Positions 1 through 11,887 of a DNA stretch of 64,000 nt are shown in pieces. The position numbers and the translations under genes are program-made. This stretch comes from the human T2T-CHM13v2.0 reference genome, Homo sapiens, in the NCBI RefSeq assembly GCF_009914755.1, contig NC_060933.1; one strand, given 5' to 3'. The notes under the pieces are model-generated. The model was not told where the DNA came from and did no database searches. It saw only the letters and a program-made list of their open reading frames with translations. How positions within the stretch are numbered: position 1 is the stretch's first letter; the number at the start of each line of letters is the position of its first letter.

Positions 1-24
1 TGTCTATGGGGCTAACTTCCTCTC

Positions 25-328
25 TCACCTCTAAGTCTTTGTTCAAATACCATATTCGCAGTGAGCTCTCCTTGACAACCATACTAAAAACCTCAGATTT
101 CCCCTCCATGCTGATCCTTCTGTACGTGATCTATTCCTTTTCTGTAACAATTATCATTTTCTAATATATGATATAATTTACTTATTTAGTAAGAATATTG
201 TTCATTATCTGTCTTTCTCTGCTAGAATGTAAACTCCACACAGGTGGGGGGTCTTTCTCTGTTTTGATCACCAATGTATTCTAAGAACTTGGAATAGTAC
301 TCAATAATAATTGCTTAGTGAGTAAATG
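25..328 (+). mobile_element. LINE-2 3' end fragment
   Basis: Degenerate L2 3' motifs: ctagaatgtaaactcca ... gtactcaataataattgcttagtgagtaaatg. Confidence 0.6.
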
Positions 329-1999
329 CAAAGGATGAGGTTCACCAGGGGAGGGTTTGGAGAAGAGAACAGAGGGGAGGCCATCCCAGGCTTGGGATGA
401 ACTTGTGCCTTATCTCACAACAGGCCATGTGTGAGGATCTGAGAGTCCGAGTGTTGGGCACAAGTTCAAGAGTCGGGCTAGGGCATCACCCAAAATGGAG
501 AGATTCAGTTATCAAAGAGACTAGGCTGGATTTACCTCTGGAATCTGGTGGAGGACTTGGCTTTAGGTTGGGATTTTACCATCATCATGACCAAAGAATA
601 CTTGGGGATAATAATGCCAAAGGGATGTGCAGGGCAAGAATGAGGTGGTTGGGAATGGAGGCAGACTGGGAATTCAGGTGGGCGGGGGGATAGCTGAAAG
701 AACAGGCATGTGTCTTCTAAGTCTGGAAAAAAGATTGAGGTGGAATTAGAGGGCCTGAAGGAAAATTGTGTATGCAAGTGGGAGGAAGAGCCTGGGTCCC
801 TGGAAGCTATCATCTCCAAGAGCATGTTCCATCTCCACTGAGGGCAGAATCAAAAGCCATGGGCCACACCTAAAGTCGAAGGAACTAGAGTGAGACATCA
901 AGAAAGGCCTCCCAACAATGTGACAGGTGGTGGAGGGGAAGCACTGGGCCTTTTTCTCTGGAAAACTTGAGCAGGACCTAACTGGGTGCATACCTGAGCC
1001 AGGCTAACCCAGAGGGCACTGTGAGGCTCTGGGGTGGGAGTGTGGTACTAGAGCCCTGGAGAGGGTTCCTGCCTCTGCCTGGCTCCCAACTCCATCCTCT
1101 CACCTGCGAGGCTTCTGAGCTTCTAAGCACGCAGAAATGTCCTCTCTCCTGACCTCAAGTTTCTCCATCTTTTCAGAGTGGAAAGTGAGAGTATTTAGTA
1201 TTCCAAGGCCCCACCAGTCCAGGGGCCAAAACATGTTTACCACATCTCCTCAGAATATCAGTGCTCAACTCGGTTTTGTGGTGGCCTCAGGGTACAAGCC
1301 AGGAGAAGCAGAAAATACCTTTGGAGGTTATACAATTCAGTGGTTACTGCAGTACTAATGGAGTGAGGACATGGGTGGCCTGGGAGTTCTGAGGTTCCGG
1401 GGAGACTTACTTGTCACTGTATAACTTTTGGTGCCTTTTGAGTTTTGAACCATGTACGTGTATTTCTTATTCAAAAAACATAAAACAATTAAAATCAGAT
1501 GAAAGCAACAACAATAATAACAACAAAGAATAGGTCTAGGGAAGTGGGAACTTGATGCCTCCAATTGCTACCCTGAAGGCAATGACCTGCCTCCTCTTGC
1601 CCATGTGTACCCTCCTCCACGTCTGGCATCTCCATTCTCTAGAGGCTCAGAGAGGGGTGTGGAAGGCCTGATGTCACCCAGCATTTAAGACTAGCAAAAT
1701 TCTGGGGCTTAGCTGTCCAGACTCTCAGTGTTGTCTTTCTTTTCTGATCCTCAATGACCCCGTCTACTCATTGACCTCTCCATGTTTTTGGCAGAACTTT
1801 GCATATGCTCAAATCAACCTTCAATGGGTCGTTTTTAAAACTGTGTGGTCTTAAATGCCACCTTTCCCAGGAAGTAATCTCTTTTCACAAAGAGAAAGAT
1901 GACAGCTCTCCTCTCCCCCCGTGTGGTGTCTGATGGTTCATTCCCTCCCTTCCTGCCTCCCTCCTCCCTACCACCCTCTACCACTAAAGTGGCTCTCCA

Positions 2000-2200
2000 C
2001 TGAAACTTGGCCCTGTCTCTGATGAGATATGTGACCTTGAGCAAGTCATTTAACCTTTCTGTGTGTCTGTTTCTTCATCTGTAATTGAGGATCCTGACCT
2101 TCCTCCCATGGCTCTTCACTTATGCATTTGTACAGCAAGCATGTATTCTGTGCCTGGTGCTGAACCTGGCACTGAGGATCACACAAGAAAATGTATGTGA
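2000..2200 (+). mobile_element. MIR SINE fragment
   Basis: MIR core: tgtgaccttgagcaagtcatttaacctttctgtgtgtctgtttcttcatctgtaa. Confidence 0.65.
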
Positions 2201-4329
2201 AGTTAATACAGAGACAGAAAGTTACTGCCAAGGCCTCCTTCCTTGGATGCTGTTCTGGGCTGGGTGCTCCAACCCCCTCATCTGGCATGCCCTTGGAGGA
2301 ACTGCTTCACAGTCTACTCCAAACCTCTCAACTTCTAGCATTGCTCCTGGGCTGAAGCCGATATCCTGCTCTGCATGAAGGGTCAGGGGATGCAGAAATA
2401 GCCTATTTCCCAGGCTTTTTCATTTGGTTAGATCCTTAGGTACCACTTTGCCTACAAGAAGGAATAATGCTGAAATCTGTCTGTTGGTCTTTAGTCTGGA
2501 ATTTTCAATGTCCACCTCTCTTGCCCTCTGTGGGCCTTTCCCTGGGACTTGGGCTGGAACAAGGGGTAGGAAATGGATTCTATCCATGTCCTCACTCTGC
2601 TCATTTCTCTCCTTTCCTGAATCCCATGCATCCATGGAGATTGGTACAGTGGCTAAGATTCTGGGATTGGAAACTCACATTTGTCTCCCTCCAAATGTAA
2701 GCTGGGCTGTGGAGGAAAGATGGTCCCTTCTTTAAAATGAACACCACCATCTCAGAGTATACAGGAGCTTGCTTCAGGCAGAGGAGGCAGAGCTGCCTTC
2801 CAGAGCTCTTGGCAGGAAGCTGTCCCCACTCCCTGCCTGACCACCGAGGATTGGGTGAGCATCACTGGGAGGGAGCGGTGTTTATAGAAAAAACGTGCTG
2901 CTTCAGCCCTGGTCATTGCTGATGGACCATGGCAGCAAGGAAGGTCAAGTCCAGACTAAGGAGGTACTTCTCATTATCAGGGACTGGGTTTAAGGTGAGA
3001 GGTTGGTTGGAACTACTCAGACATGGTCTTCCCAGAGCAAGGAGGAAGGATGAGATGATCTGGGAGTTGTGAAGGACTCAGGGGTTCCATGATGTTGCAG
3101 AGCTGGCAGTGACTGGGAGGATGCCAGGGAGATGTCAGTTCACCCATGTCTAGAGCAGAAACCCCATGGTCAGAGACCAGGTATCTGGAACCCCAACATT
3201 CCCAGCATAATGCCTCGCACAAGGCTAACTGGAGACTGAGGAAGACAAGTCCTTCCCTGGAAGATGGTGCCAACACTGTGCTCACAGAAGGACAGCTACT
3301 TTAAAGCCCCAGCAGGAAAATGATCCCACACTGTGGGACCTGGAAGTACTTCTTCATGTCCAGCCTCAATCCTCCTTACCACAGCTCAATTGGATCTCAG
3401 TCCAACCTGTGGGATTTGTCCATGCCCAGAGGTGAAACCCAGCAAGGAATATGGACTTTGCTTTTAGGCCTACGCTGTTGGCTGTGGGAGATAGAACAAG
3501 TTGGCCAAACTGTCGAGTACCTGTCTCCACACCTGGGGAGTCCCCAGGAAAGTGGAGAGGGAAGATCTTCCAGGGAACGGCCACCCTCCATGAGGAGATA
3601 AGCAGAACAGCAGAGGGCAAGGAAGGTTCAGTGGCCAGGAGAGGTGGGGCTCAGGGAGTCCCTCCTGGCTGGGGGTGAGGGAGCTTCCTGGATGCTCAGC
3701 CTCTCCAAGCCCCTGAGGAAAGACTGTAGCTTCTGGAGGGCAGGAGCTGATCCTGCATCATCTCGGCAGACCAGTGCCCAGCACACAGCAGATGCTCAAA
3801 ACACATGGGTTGAATGAATGAGCCTGCGGTCAAGAGCCTGCCCAGCCAGCAGGTGGAGTGGGTCTTTGGAGAAGGGATTCCCCTCTCTGGGCCTCCATTT
3901 CTTCATTTGTAGAATGAGGGGCTGCAGTAGATTGTCTCTAAGGTTTTGTCAGCCCCTGACGATCTGTGGTTTCCTGTTTCCCTGCTCTCTCGTCAATTCC
4001 TTGCCTATTCTTTTTCCCTCTACAGCTTCTCTTTTCCTTTCCCTTTAAGTCTTTTTCTTCCACTAACCCCCAATCTCTGCACCCCCATTTTCAGTCTCTC
4101 CCCTCCCCAGACAATTTCTCTGGCTTTCCCCTTTACAGGTATTTCTTCCTCTCTGCTTCTGATAACTGCCCCCATCACTACCCTTCCCTGATGCCTTCAG
4201 TGTTCTGCACCCCCTGCCCCCCAAAAGCCGCCCATTCCAGTGCCCCTTTCATCCACCTTAGATGCCAGAGGCGGGAGATTGGAAGAAAAGGAGGAGGGTC
4301 CTAAAGCAGCCACTCCCCTGCCCTGCAAT

Positions 4330-4620
4330 GGCCCCACCGCGATGTCCCCGTCCCCCCGCCCCGCCCCCCTCCCCGCCACGCCTCTCCCTCAGCAGCCAGT
4401 GCCGCACTGAGCCCTCGCCCCACGCTAATGCTAATGCGATCTGGAGAGACCCGGTCGGTGCGGGCGGCGGGCAGTCTGGCCCAGCGTCCAGGGCGGCGCT
4501 GATGGATGGTCCCCTGACAGTAATCGCAGAATGAGGACGCGCAGGTGACGCTCTTGCCCGAGGCCCTGCTGTTTGGCTAGCCCAGGAGTCTCTCCCTCCG
4601 CAGCGTCTGCCTTCTGGGCG
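4330..4620. promoter_or_regulatory. CpG-rich patch with composite PBX-HOX + MEIS/PREP motif
   Basis: High CpG density. TGATGGATGG at 4500-4509, TGACAG at 4515-4520, TAAT at 4521-4524, and two TAATG at 4426 and 4432. Confidence 0.55.
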
Positions 4621-5669
4621 CTCTCAACTCACTCGGCTTTGCGGGAGGCTCAAAGCCTCAGGTTAGGGCAGAGGTGCGGGCTTCCTCTGCTCTCTCTCTC
4701 CCAAGACACTGGTTTCTGTTTGGGAACAGATCCCTTCTTGGATCCACGCTGCTTCTGTGATTCTGAACAAGCCACCCATCTCCTGGAGTCTCAGTTCTCC
4801 CTTCTGTATAATGGCCTTTAAAGCCTGGTGGAGTGTTGGGGGCACGGGAGATAATACTGAGGAAAATCACGCTCTCTCTTAAGTAGAAACCGAATTTCAC
4901 TTTTAGTTTACAATGCTCACAATAATCTGGGCCAAATGTGCGAAGCCAAGTAAGAGCTGAGTGGCTACTCACACACAGAATATATGTTTATACACATACA
5001 CATAATGTTTTTAGCATACCAGGACTGCTTAGACGTCTTTAAAGAGAACACTAGCCCAGGTACTTCTCCAGGGAGGCGACTGTCTCCAGCAGGACTGTTT
5101 CTCCCCTCTACTGAGGCCACCTACCTGTCTTAAGCCCCCAGACCCCATCCGTTCTGGGGTTCCCCTGCAATCCAGAGCCAGGCTGAGGTGGTATGCGGGA
5201 AGATCTCCCTTTGGAAAATGTTTCTGGATAATTTCCCAACTCCTTGACCACGTTCTCCCCACCTCACCCACATTCAGATAACACAGGTTCTAAGGCTCCT
5301 TCACTCCTCCACCCCTGGGGGATACTCCTTGGGCCTGGCCCTGTGGAGGGGCTGGGAGGTGGGATCCAGAACCAATTGCAATTCTGAACGCACACCCAGC
5401 CGCCTCCTCACTCCCTTTTAACCTTTCCCTCTAGTCAGAAGCCAAATTGAGATAGTCTTGAGTTTTGATTTAATTCCTGAAATGGAGTCATAATCTGCTT
5501 AGTGTCCTTTCTCCCGAGTCCTAGATACTGAAGTGTGTGTGTCTGTCAGGGGGAGTTAAAAGAGCAGCTCTGTGACCTTTGGAGGACCGTCACACTCACT
5601 CACCTCCCAAACACCACCAAAGAGCAGGAGACGCCATGGCACTGAGTTGCTGGGTAGTATGATGATGGT

Positions 5670-6340
5670 ACTGACAACTCACATTTACTAGGCACTTACC
5701 ACATGCCAGTACTGAGACAGGCACTATACACGCATTTCTCACTTAATTCTCACAACTACCTTTCAGGTAGGTACCATTCATATCCCCAACTTACAGATGA
5801 AGAAACTGAGGCTTAGCGAGGTTAAGCAGTTTATGTTCCATCCTGCAGTGATCACAGACGGTCCTCGACTTATGATGCTTTGACGTACAATTTCTCAGCT
5901 TTATGATGATGCCGAAGTGATATGCATTCATTAGATACTGTACTTCTAATACTCATACAACAGCTCTGTTTTTCACTTTCAGTACAGTACATTATAACAT
6001 GTTGAATCTCATGTTGAATACATGAGATGAATAAATATCTCATGTTGAATACATGAGCTATTCAACACTTTATTATAAAATAGGCTTTGTGCTAGATGAT
6101 CTTGCCCAACTGTAGGCTGATGAATGTGTCCTGAGCACTTTAAGGTAAGCGAGGCTGAACTATGATGTTTGGTGGGTTAGGTGTATGAAATGCATATCCA
6201 CCTTACAATATTTTCAGCTTGCTACAGCTTTATCGGGACACAGCCTCATCGTAAGTCAAGGAGAGTCTATTATTAAGCGGCAGAGCCCAAATTTGAAACT
6301 ACACAGTCAGACTGCAGAGCCTGTGCTCTTAACCACTTAG
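5670..6340 (-). mobile_element. MIR interrupted by MER47A
   Basis: ttacagatgaagaaactgaggcttagcgaggttaag before 5853, continuing as gcggcagagcccaaatttgaaact...tgtgctcttaaccact after 6271. Confidence 0.6.
5855..6270 (-). mobile_element. MER47A (TcMar-Tigger) DNA transposon
   Basis: TIR-like ends cagacggtcctcgacttatgatg and catcgtaagtcaaggagagtct. The internal sequence matches the recalled MER47A consensus. Confidence 0.75.
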
Positions 6341-7639
6341 TTGTGTGACACCTGGCAGGGTATTTAACTTCTGCATGCCCTGTTCCCTCATTTGCAAAAC
6401 ACAGATAAGTAGGGATGATAAGACATTCCCTTCAAAGAATTATGTTGATTAACTGAGCTAAGGCATTCACCATACTCACAGTAAGCATTCAGTAGTTTAG
6501 GTGCCCTACACATTGGAGCAGGGTTGAGGAAGGGAAAGAGTACAATCCAATGGGCTATTAATTATTCATTGTTACTGTTGATAATAATAGTTATCATGCA
6601 TTGAGAGCCAACTGAGCATAGGCCACCCTACAAGGTAAAAATTATGTCTGTTTTACAGATGAAGAAACTGAGTTTCACATAAATTACGTAAATTACCTAA
6701 AGCTATCCAGTTAATAAGTGACAGAACAGAGCTCTTGTTTAAACACTGGGCCCTTGACTCCAAAGCCTGCAGTTCCCAGCACCCCCAGGGTCACCAAAAC
6801 CTGGCCTCTCCTGGGGGAGGTCAGGGCTGAGGCCAACAAGCCCAAGTCACACCCTTTACCAACTGGGACCTGATTTTCTCCAGGTGAGCAATGTTTTCTT
6901 AAAAGAACAGGAGGACAGTAAATAATTAACCAAGACAGTTTCTCCCTCCCTGAAGCCAAGGTAGAACCTCCCCCCTACAGCCAACCGCCACTCTCCTCAC
7001 TGCTGTTTCCTCTGTGCTCAAGTTTGTGGCCATTAAATAGAAGAGGAGAAAGTTTGAGCCAGGCATGAAATATTTATCAGTTAATTACAATATGCAGATT
7101 CTGTTCCTAGGGGTGATTTATCTTTTTGGAAATATAGGAAAAGATCCTGGAAACTTGTATCCTAATCGCTTGGCCTATTATTGTAGCAACCAGGTAGAAA
7201 CTGCATTTACTATGTAACTACAAATTTTCCAACTACTAGAGGTATCTTCCTCTGCTTCTATCACTGGTGATCTGGGGACCATATGCTTTTCTGATAAGAG
7301 ATGAGCCTCTTAGAGGTCAATTTGTCAATTCCTCTGTCTCCTCTTGGGGTGGCCCCTTTGTAAATTCTAATAGCTATAGGAAATGAAAAGGGTGAGAGTC
7401 TCTGAAATTCTGGGATCTCAAGAGAAGCTAATTCTAAGTGAAAACCTCCCGGACTGAAGCAGTGCCTGTGGTGAGGGGATGTCCAAGGTTGAGAAGCAGC
7501 TCTCAGCTGAGTATCCCTCCCCTCTCTTGCTCTGGCAGAAGTGTCAGCCTTCCCCTTATCTCTTGTATCATTTCCTAGGGCCTGCATCTCAACCTCTGGC
7601 TACACATTAGCAACCCGGGGAGTTTTAAAAATCCAGATG

Positions 7640-8154
7640 CCATGGTGTATATGTGCCACATTTTCTTAATCCAGTCTATCATTGTTGGACATTTGGGTTG
7701 GTTCCAAGTCTTTGCTATTGTGAATAATGCCGCAATAAACATTCGTGTGCATGTGTCTTTATAGCAGCATGATTTATAGTCATTTGGGTATATACCCAGT
7801 AATGGGATGGCTGGGTCAAATGGTATTTCTAGTTCTAGATCCCTCATATACACCATGGAATACTATGCAGCCATAAAAAATGATGAGTTCGTGTCCTTTG
7901 TAGGGACATGGATGAAATTGGAAATCATCATTCTCAGTAAACTATCGCAAGAACAAAAAACCAAACACTGCATATTCTCACTCATAGGTGGGAACTGAAC
8001 AATGAGATCACATGGACACAGGAAGGGGAATATCACACTCTGGGGACTGTGGTGGGGTGGGGGGAGGGGGGAGGGATAGCATTGGGAGATATACCTAATG
8101 CTAGATGACGAGTTAGTGGGTGCAGCGCACCAGCATGGCACATGTATACATATG
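7640..8154 (+). mobile_element. Young L1 (L1PA2-like) 3' fragment with 5' inversion and no poly(A)
   Basis: 7640-7844 is the antisense ORF2 C-terminus (LEIPFDPAIPLLGIYP...). 7845-8154 is the sense ORF2 end and 3'UTR with ctagatgacGAGttagtggg (GAG, not the ACA/ACG of L1HS). Confidence 0.85.
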
Positions 8155-8231
8155 CCCAGGCCCTACTACAGGCCAACCAAATTGGAATCTCTGGAGGTGG
8201 GACCCAGGCATCAGTATTTTAAAAAACTTGT

Positions 8232-8541
8232 GGCTGGGCATGGTGGCTCACACCTGTAATCCCAGCACGTTGGGAGGCCGAGGCGGGCGGATTACCTGAG
8301 GTGAGGAGTTTGACACAAGCCTGGCAAACATGGTGAAACCCCGTCTCTATTAAAAATACAAAAATTAGCTGGGCATGGTGGCAAGCACCTGTAATCCCAG
8401 CTACTCGGGAGGCTGAGGCAGGGATAATTGCTTGAACCCAGGAGGCAGAGGTTGTAGTGAGCCGAGATGTGCCACCGCACTCTATCCTGGGTGACAAGAG
8501 CAAGACACCATCTCAAAAACAAAAATGAGCAAACAAAAAAA
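8232..8541 (+). mobile_element. AluS
   Basis: Full dimeric Alu, A-rich tail, approximate TSD aaaaaacttg/aaaaaactcg. Confidence 0.9.
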
Positions 8542-9061
8542 CTCGCTGGGGGTTCCAATGTGCAGCGAAAGTTGAGACCCTCTAGAGCTAATAGAAGAGT
8601 ATCACTGCCCGGTAAATGGGTCCTGCTCCCCATTCTGCTATTTACATATGAGGTCCCCTGTAGGAGGGCCTGGTGCTAGGTGTCCCGGCGAGATGTGGAC
8701 ATCTTTCTGGCTCTTCTCCTTCTCTTATCTAAGTCCTCACATGGTGGGAAAATACCTCTCTAATGCTATGTAGAAAGAGAAGCAGGGAGTGCCCCTTCTA
8801 GCGTGGATGCCTTTGGTTCCCAGATCTGGATTTGAGGGGCTGGCTCTATCTCTTAAGAAGACATTTACCTAGCATTGGTAATGGAGATGGGGCCTTAATA
8901 GGGCTAGGGAGGCACACCCAACTCCAGACCCAGCTCTCTGCTGTTCCCCTTCCCAGTGCACACAATCCCAATTCCCACTCCAGAAAATTTTTTAAAAACA
9001 TATCTTAAAAAAAAAACCTCGAAAAGCCAAGCAGACCCTCAGCTTCAAGGTATCTCCTCAT

Positions 9062-9063
<2 letters not shown>

Positions 9064-9100
<37 letters not shown>
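9064..9100. repeat. (TC)n microsatellite
   Basis: Directly visible. Confidence 0.9.
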
Positions 9101-9452
9101 GAATCTACAAAGAAGGAGTGAGTTTTGTCTCTCCAAGTACTCAGAGCCTTAGATCACAAAGGGGCCTTAGATCCTGGTCTTTGGGAGATCTTTGACCACC
9201 ACCTCTGCTGTGGCACGACCATTGTCAAAATGCTAGAAAGAAGAGAGACTGGCTCTTAGACCAAGGGAATTTGGGATTTGAAAGGACTTCCAATTCCAGT
9301 TCTATAGATTTCCTTCCCATTAGCCTCTTCATGTGCATCAAATGTAAATGGCAGGCTAAACCTACAGGATGAAGAGAGTTGAAAGACTGCTGCCTAAAAA
9401 TGCCCTTTTCCAAATCTGTGGGTGCAGAAGCACATTGAAAGGCAGCTACCCA

Positions 9453-9599
9453 GCCTGGCGGTGTGGCACATGCCTGCAGTCTCACATACTTAAGAGGCTA
9501 AGGTGGGAGGACTACTTGAGCCCAGGAGTTTGAGGCTTCAGTGAACTATGATGGTGCCACAACACTCCAGCCTGGGAAACAGAGCTGGACCCCATTTCC

Positions 9600-9628
<29 letters not shown>
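9453..9628 (+). mobile_element. Alu monomer (FRAM/AluJ right arm) with poly(A)
   Basis: Single arm, long A tail, flanks agctacccag/agttacccag. Confidence 0.75.
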
Positions 9629-9631
<3 letters not shown>

Positions 9632-10069
9632 GTTACCCAGGTAAGGTGGATGATCAAGTACACCCAGTGAGAAGCACACAAACCTTACCCTTTACCCAAA
9701 CTCTCTCCCTTACCTGGCCCATTTCCGGTCTCTAGAGGAGGATCAGTTAGGGGGTGTGACCCAAGTTACCCAGATAATTAACTGTGGAAGCAAGTTTTTT
9801 TTTCACTCCTTTGGCCTCTAAATATGAGAGATCTTTACATCTCTTGCCTAGCTCCCTCTTATTCTCTACCCTCTCCCCAACACGCACGCAAATCCTAACA
9901 ACAAAAAATCCTAAATATAGGAAGACAAACCTTCCTGACTTACCATTTTGGCCCACCTGCAACCCCTGTCCCCCGCCCCCTCCCCAATGTTTTTCTCTCC
10001 TGAGCCTCTGCTCTTCGCTTCTAAAATAAAAAAAAAAAGAAGAAGAAGAAGGAATTTTCAGTAGTCCAA

Positions 10070-10450
10070 CTTGTCAAGCGAAGACCATCTTTTAACCTTC
10101 AACAGCAGCGAAAGCCGTGTGAACTCTTGGTGAACCAAGACTGAAGTCATAAATCACTCGTACAAAGGCGGCTGCGGAGGCTGGCGCGGGCTGCTGCACC
10201 TTTAACGCTTTCTGGCGCTGACAGGCGGCGGCCCAGCTAAAGTTCACAGCGCCCGGGGAGGGCCCGCCTCCGCCTCCCCTCCCGCCCCCGCCTCCCCTCC
10301 CCCAGGCCGGCCCCGGCCCCCGGCCCCGGACTGGCCCGCCGCGCGGCCGCTTGAGCTGCGAGCTGAGGAGGCCCGTTGGCTGTTCCCGCAAAGAGTGGGG
10401 GGCGCATTTTCTCTCCTGCCAGCCCGCTCCATCCTGGTCGTTTATTCCCG
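10070..10450. promoter_or_regulatory. CpG island / candidate developmental enhancer-promoter
   Basis: Very GC/CpG-rich at 10170-10400 with GC boxes. TCATAAATCA (TGATTTATGA on minus) at 10147-10156, ACAAAG at 10162, TGACAG at 10219. Confidence 0.6.
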
Positions 10451-11832
10451 GCCTTCCCTCACCCCCCACCCCCACAGCCTGCTGTACGTAAATAGGCAAA
10501 TAGATCTACAGGGACACAATAATTTAGCTTGGTTGGTCTTTGGCATTTTCTACAAGACCCCAAGAGATGGACTTTCCTCTCCCCTTCCTCCTTTTAGAAA
10601 TGGCATCCTTCATCTCTGTCTAGGCAGGCCCAATTATCCAGATCCTCGGGGCTCCAATAGGGTCTGAGTCATTGGAACCAGGAACACCTGGCTGAAACAT
10701 GCCACATAATTAGATTTTCTTTTTCTTTACCTTTTCTTTCTTATTTTTATAAGAGGCCCGGAATTAGCCTCTTCGACTGGGGCGGAGTAGCTGGGGTGTG
10801 AGAAAGGAACACCTTCATACAACTTCCAGCTTTCAGCCCCTTGGAGAGATTTCCAAATTCCCCGGAGCCTCTAGGACTTCCTTTCCTCGATCTCTCGGCC
10901 ACCTCCTCCTCCTTCTCCGATCTTTTTTTTTTCCCTCCTCCCACTGTCTTCTCTACGGTTTAATCAAAGTTCAGCTACTCCACTTGCCTCTCCTCTCATT
11001 TCTTTCGGAAAGGGGAAACCAGACGACCCAGCGGCCACGGGACGAGTCACCCCAACTCAACCCCAGCAGGACGCTGGAGGGGCCTCCCTTGCCCACCTCT
11101 CTTCGCTAGCACTGGCCTCCCGCACCTGGGTCTGCAGTCCCTCCGCCATCTCACAAGTGTGCAGCCGCTAGGCCTGGGGGATCCGAATGACTGGGGCTGG
11201 ATAGGAATGCCTTCGTGTTTCCCAAGACCCCCGGGCCTGCTCCACAAAGTTTGAAGGGTGGGTACACCCCGACCCAGGCAAGTTACTCCCCCAAACCCAT
11301 GACTGACTAATCTGATATGACAAAAGCCCATGATGGATTTGGTATATGTTAATTCACAATGTCCTTTCCTCCAGAATTTAACTATAAGTTAATACACACC
11401 GGAAACCATGCGCATACACTCTCCTTAATGGGCTTAGTAATGTATTAGTGAGTCCTAACGATGCATACAAATGTGCTCTGCGCTCTGTAGACCCCTCAAG
11501 ATTTATGGGCCTTGAGCTCTCTGAAGCTGTAAACAAGGAGAAAAAAAAAAGAGAAAGCGAAAGCGACTGGGGGGAAGAGACAGAGGCCTGACTCGCCCCT
11601 CCAGGTTTTGGAGAGAAGGGATTCTTTATGTATTTTCCTTTCCTTGCAAGCTCGGTGCGTGTGGGTTTTGGCGTTGGTCTGGGGGTGGTGTTCTGCCTGA
11701 ATGCTGGTGTGCGTGGGCAGTGTGTTGTTTGCGTGCTGGGGTAGGATGCCTGCCTCTTCGGATTGCTGTGCAGGGGCCTGAACACAGCAGGCATTTGTGA
11801 GCATATATGCGTGAGTGTGCACTGTGTTAGGG

Positions 11833-11846
11833 TGTGTGTGTGTGTA

Positions 11847-11879
<33 letters not shown>

Positions 11880-11887
11880 CAGACAGG
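11833..11887. repeat. (TG)n(AG)n compound microsatellite
   Basis: Directly visible. It explains the His-Thr runs in the overlapping ORFs. Confidence 0.9.

Larger units (their letters stand above)
7578..8587. mobile_element. MER5A-like hAT-Charlie element split by an L1 fragment and an Alu
   Basis: tctcaacctctggctacacattag...gagttttaaaaatccagATGCC | L1 | CAGGCCC...ggaatctctggaggtgggacccaggcatcagtatttt | Alu | ...ttccaatgtgcagcgaaagttgaga. Confidence 0.7.

Noticed and set aside
397-4304. Many 60-110 aa ORFs
   Set aside because: No recognisable domains, many non-ATG starts, overlapping on both strands. Expected by chance in GC-rich eukaryotic DNA.
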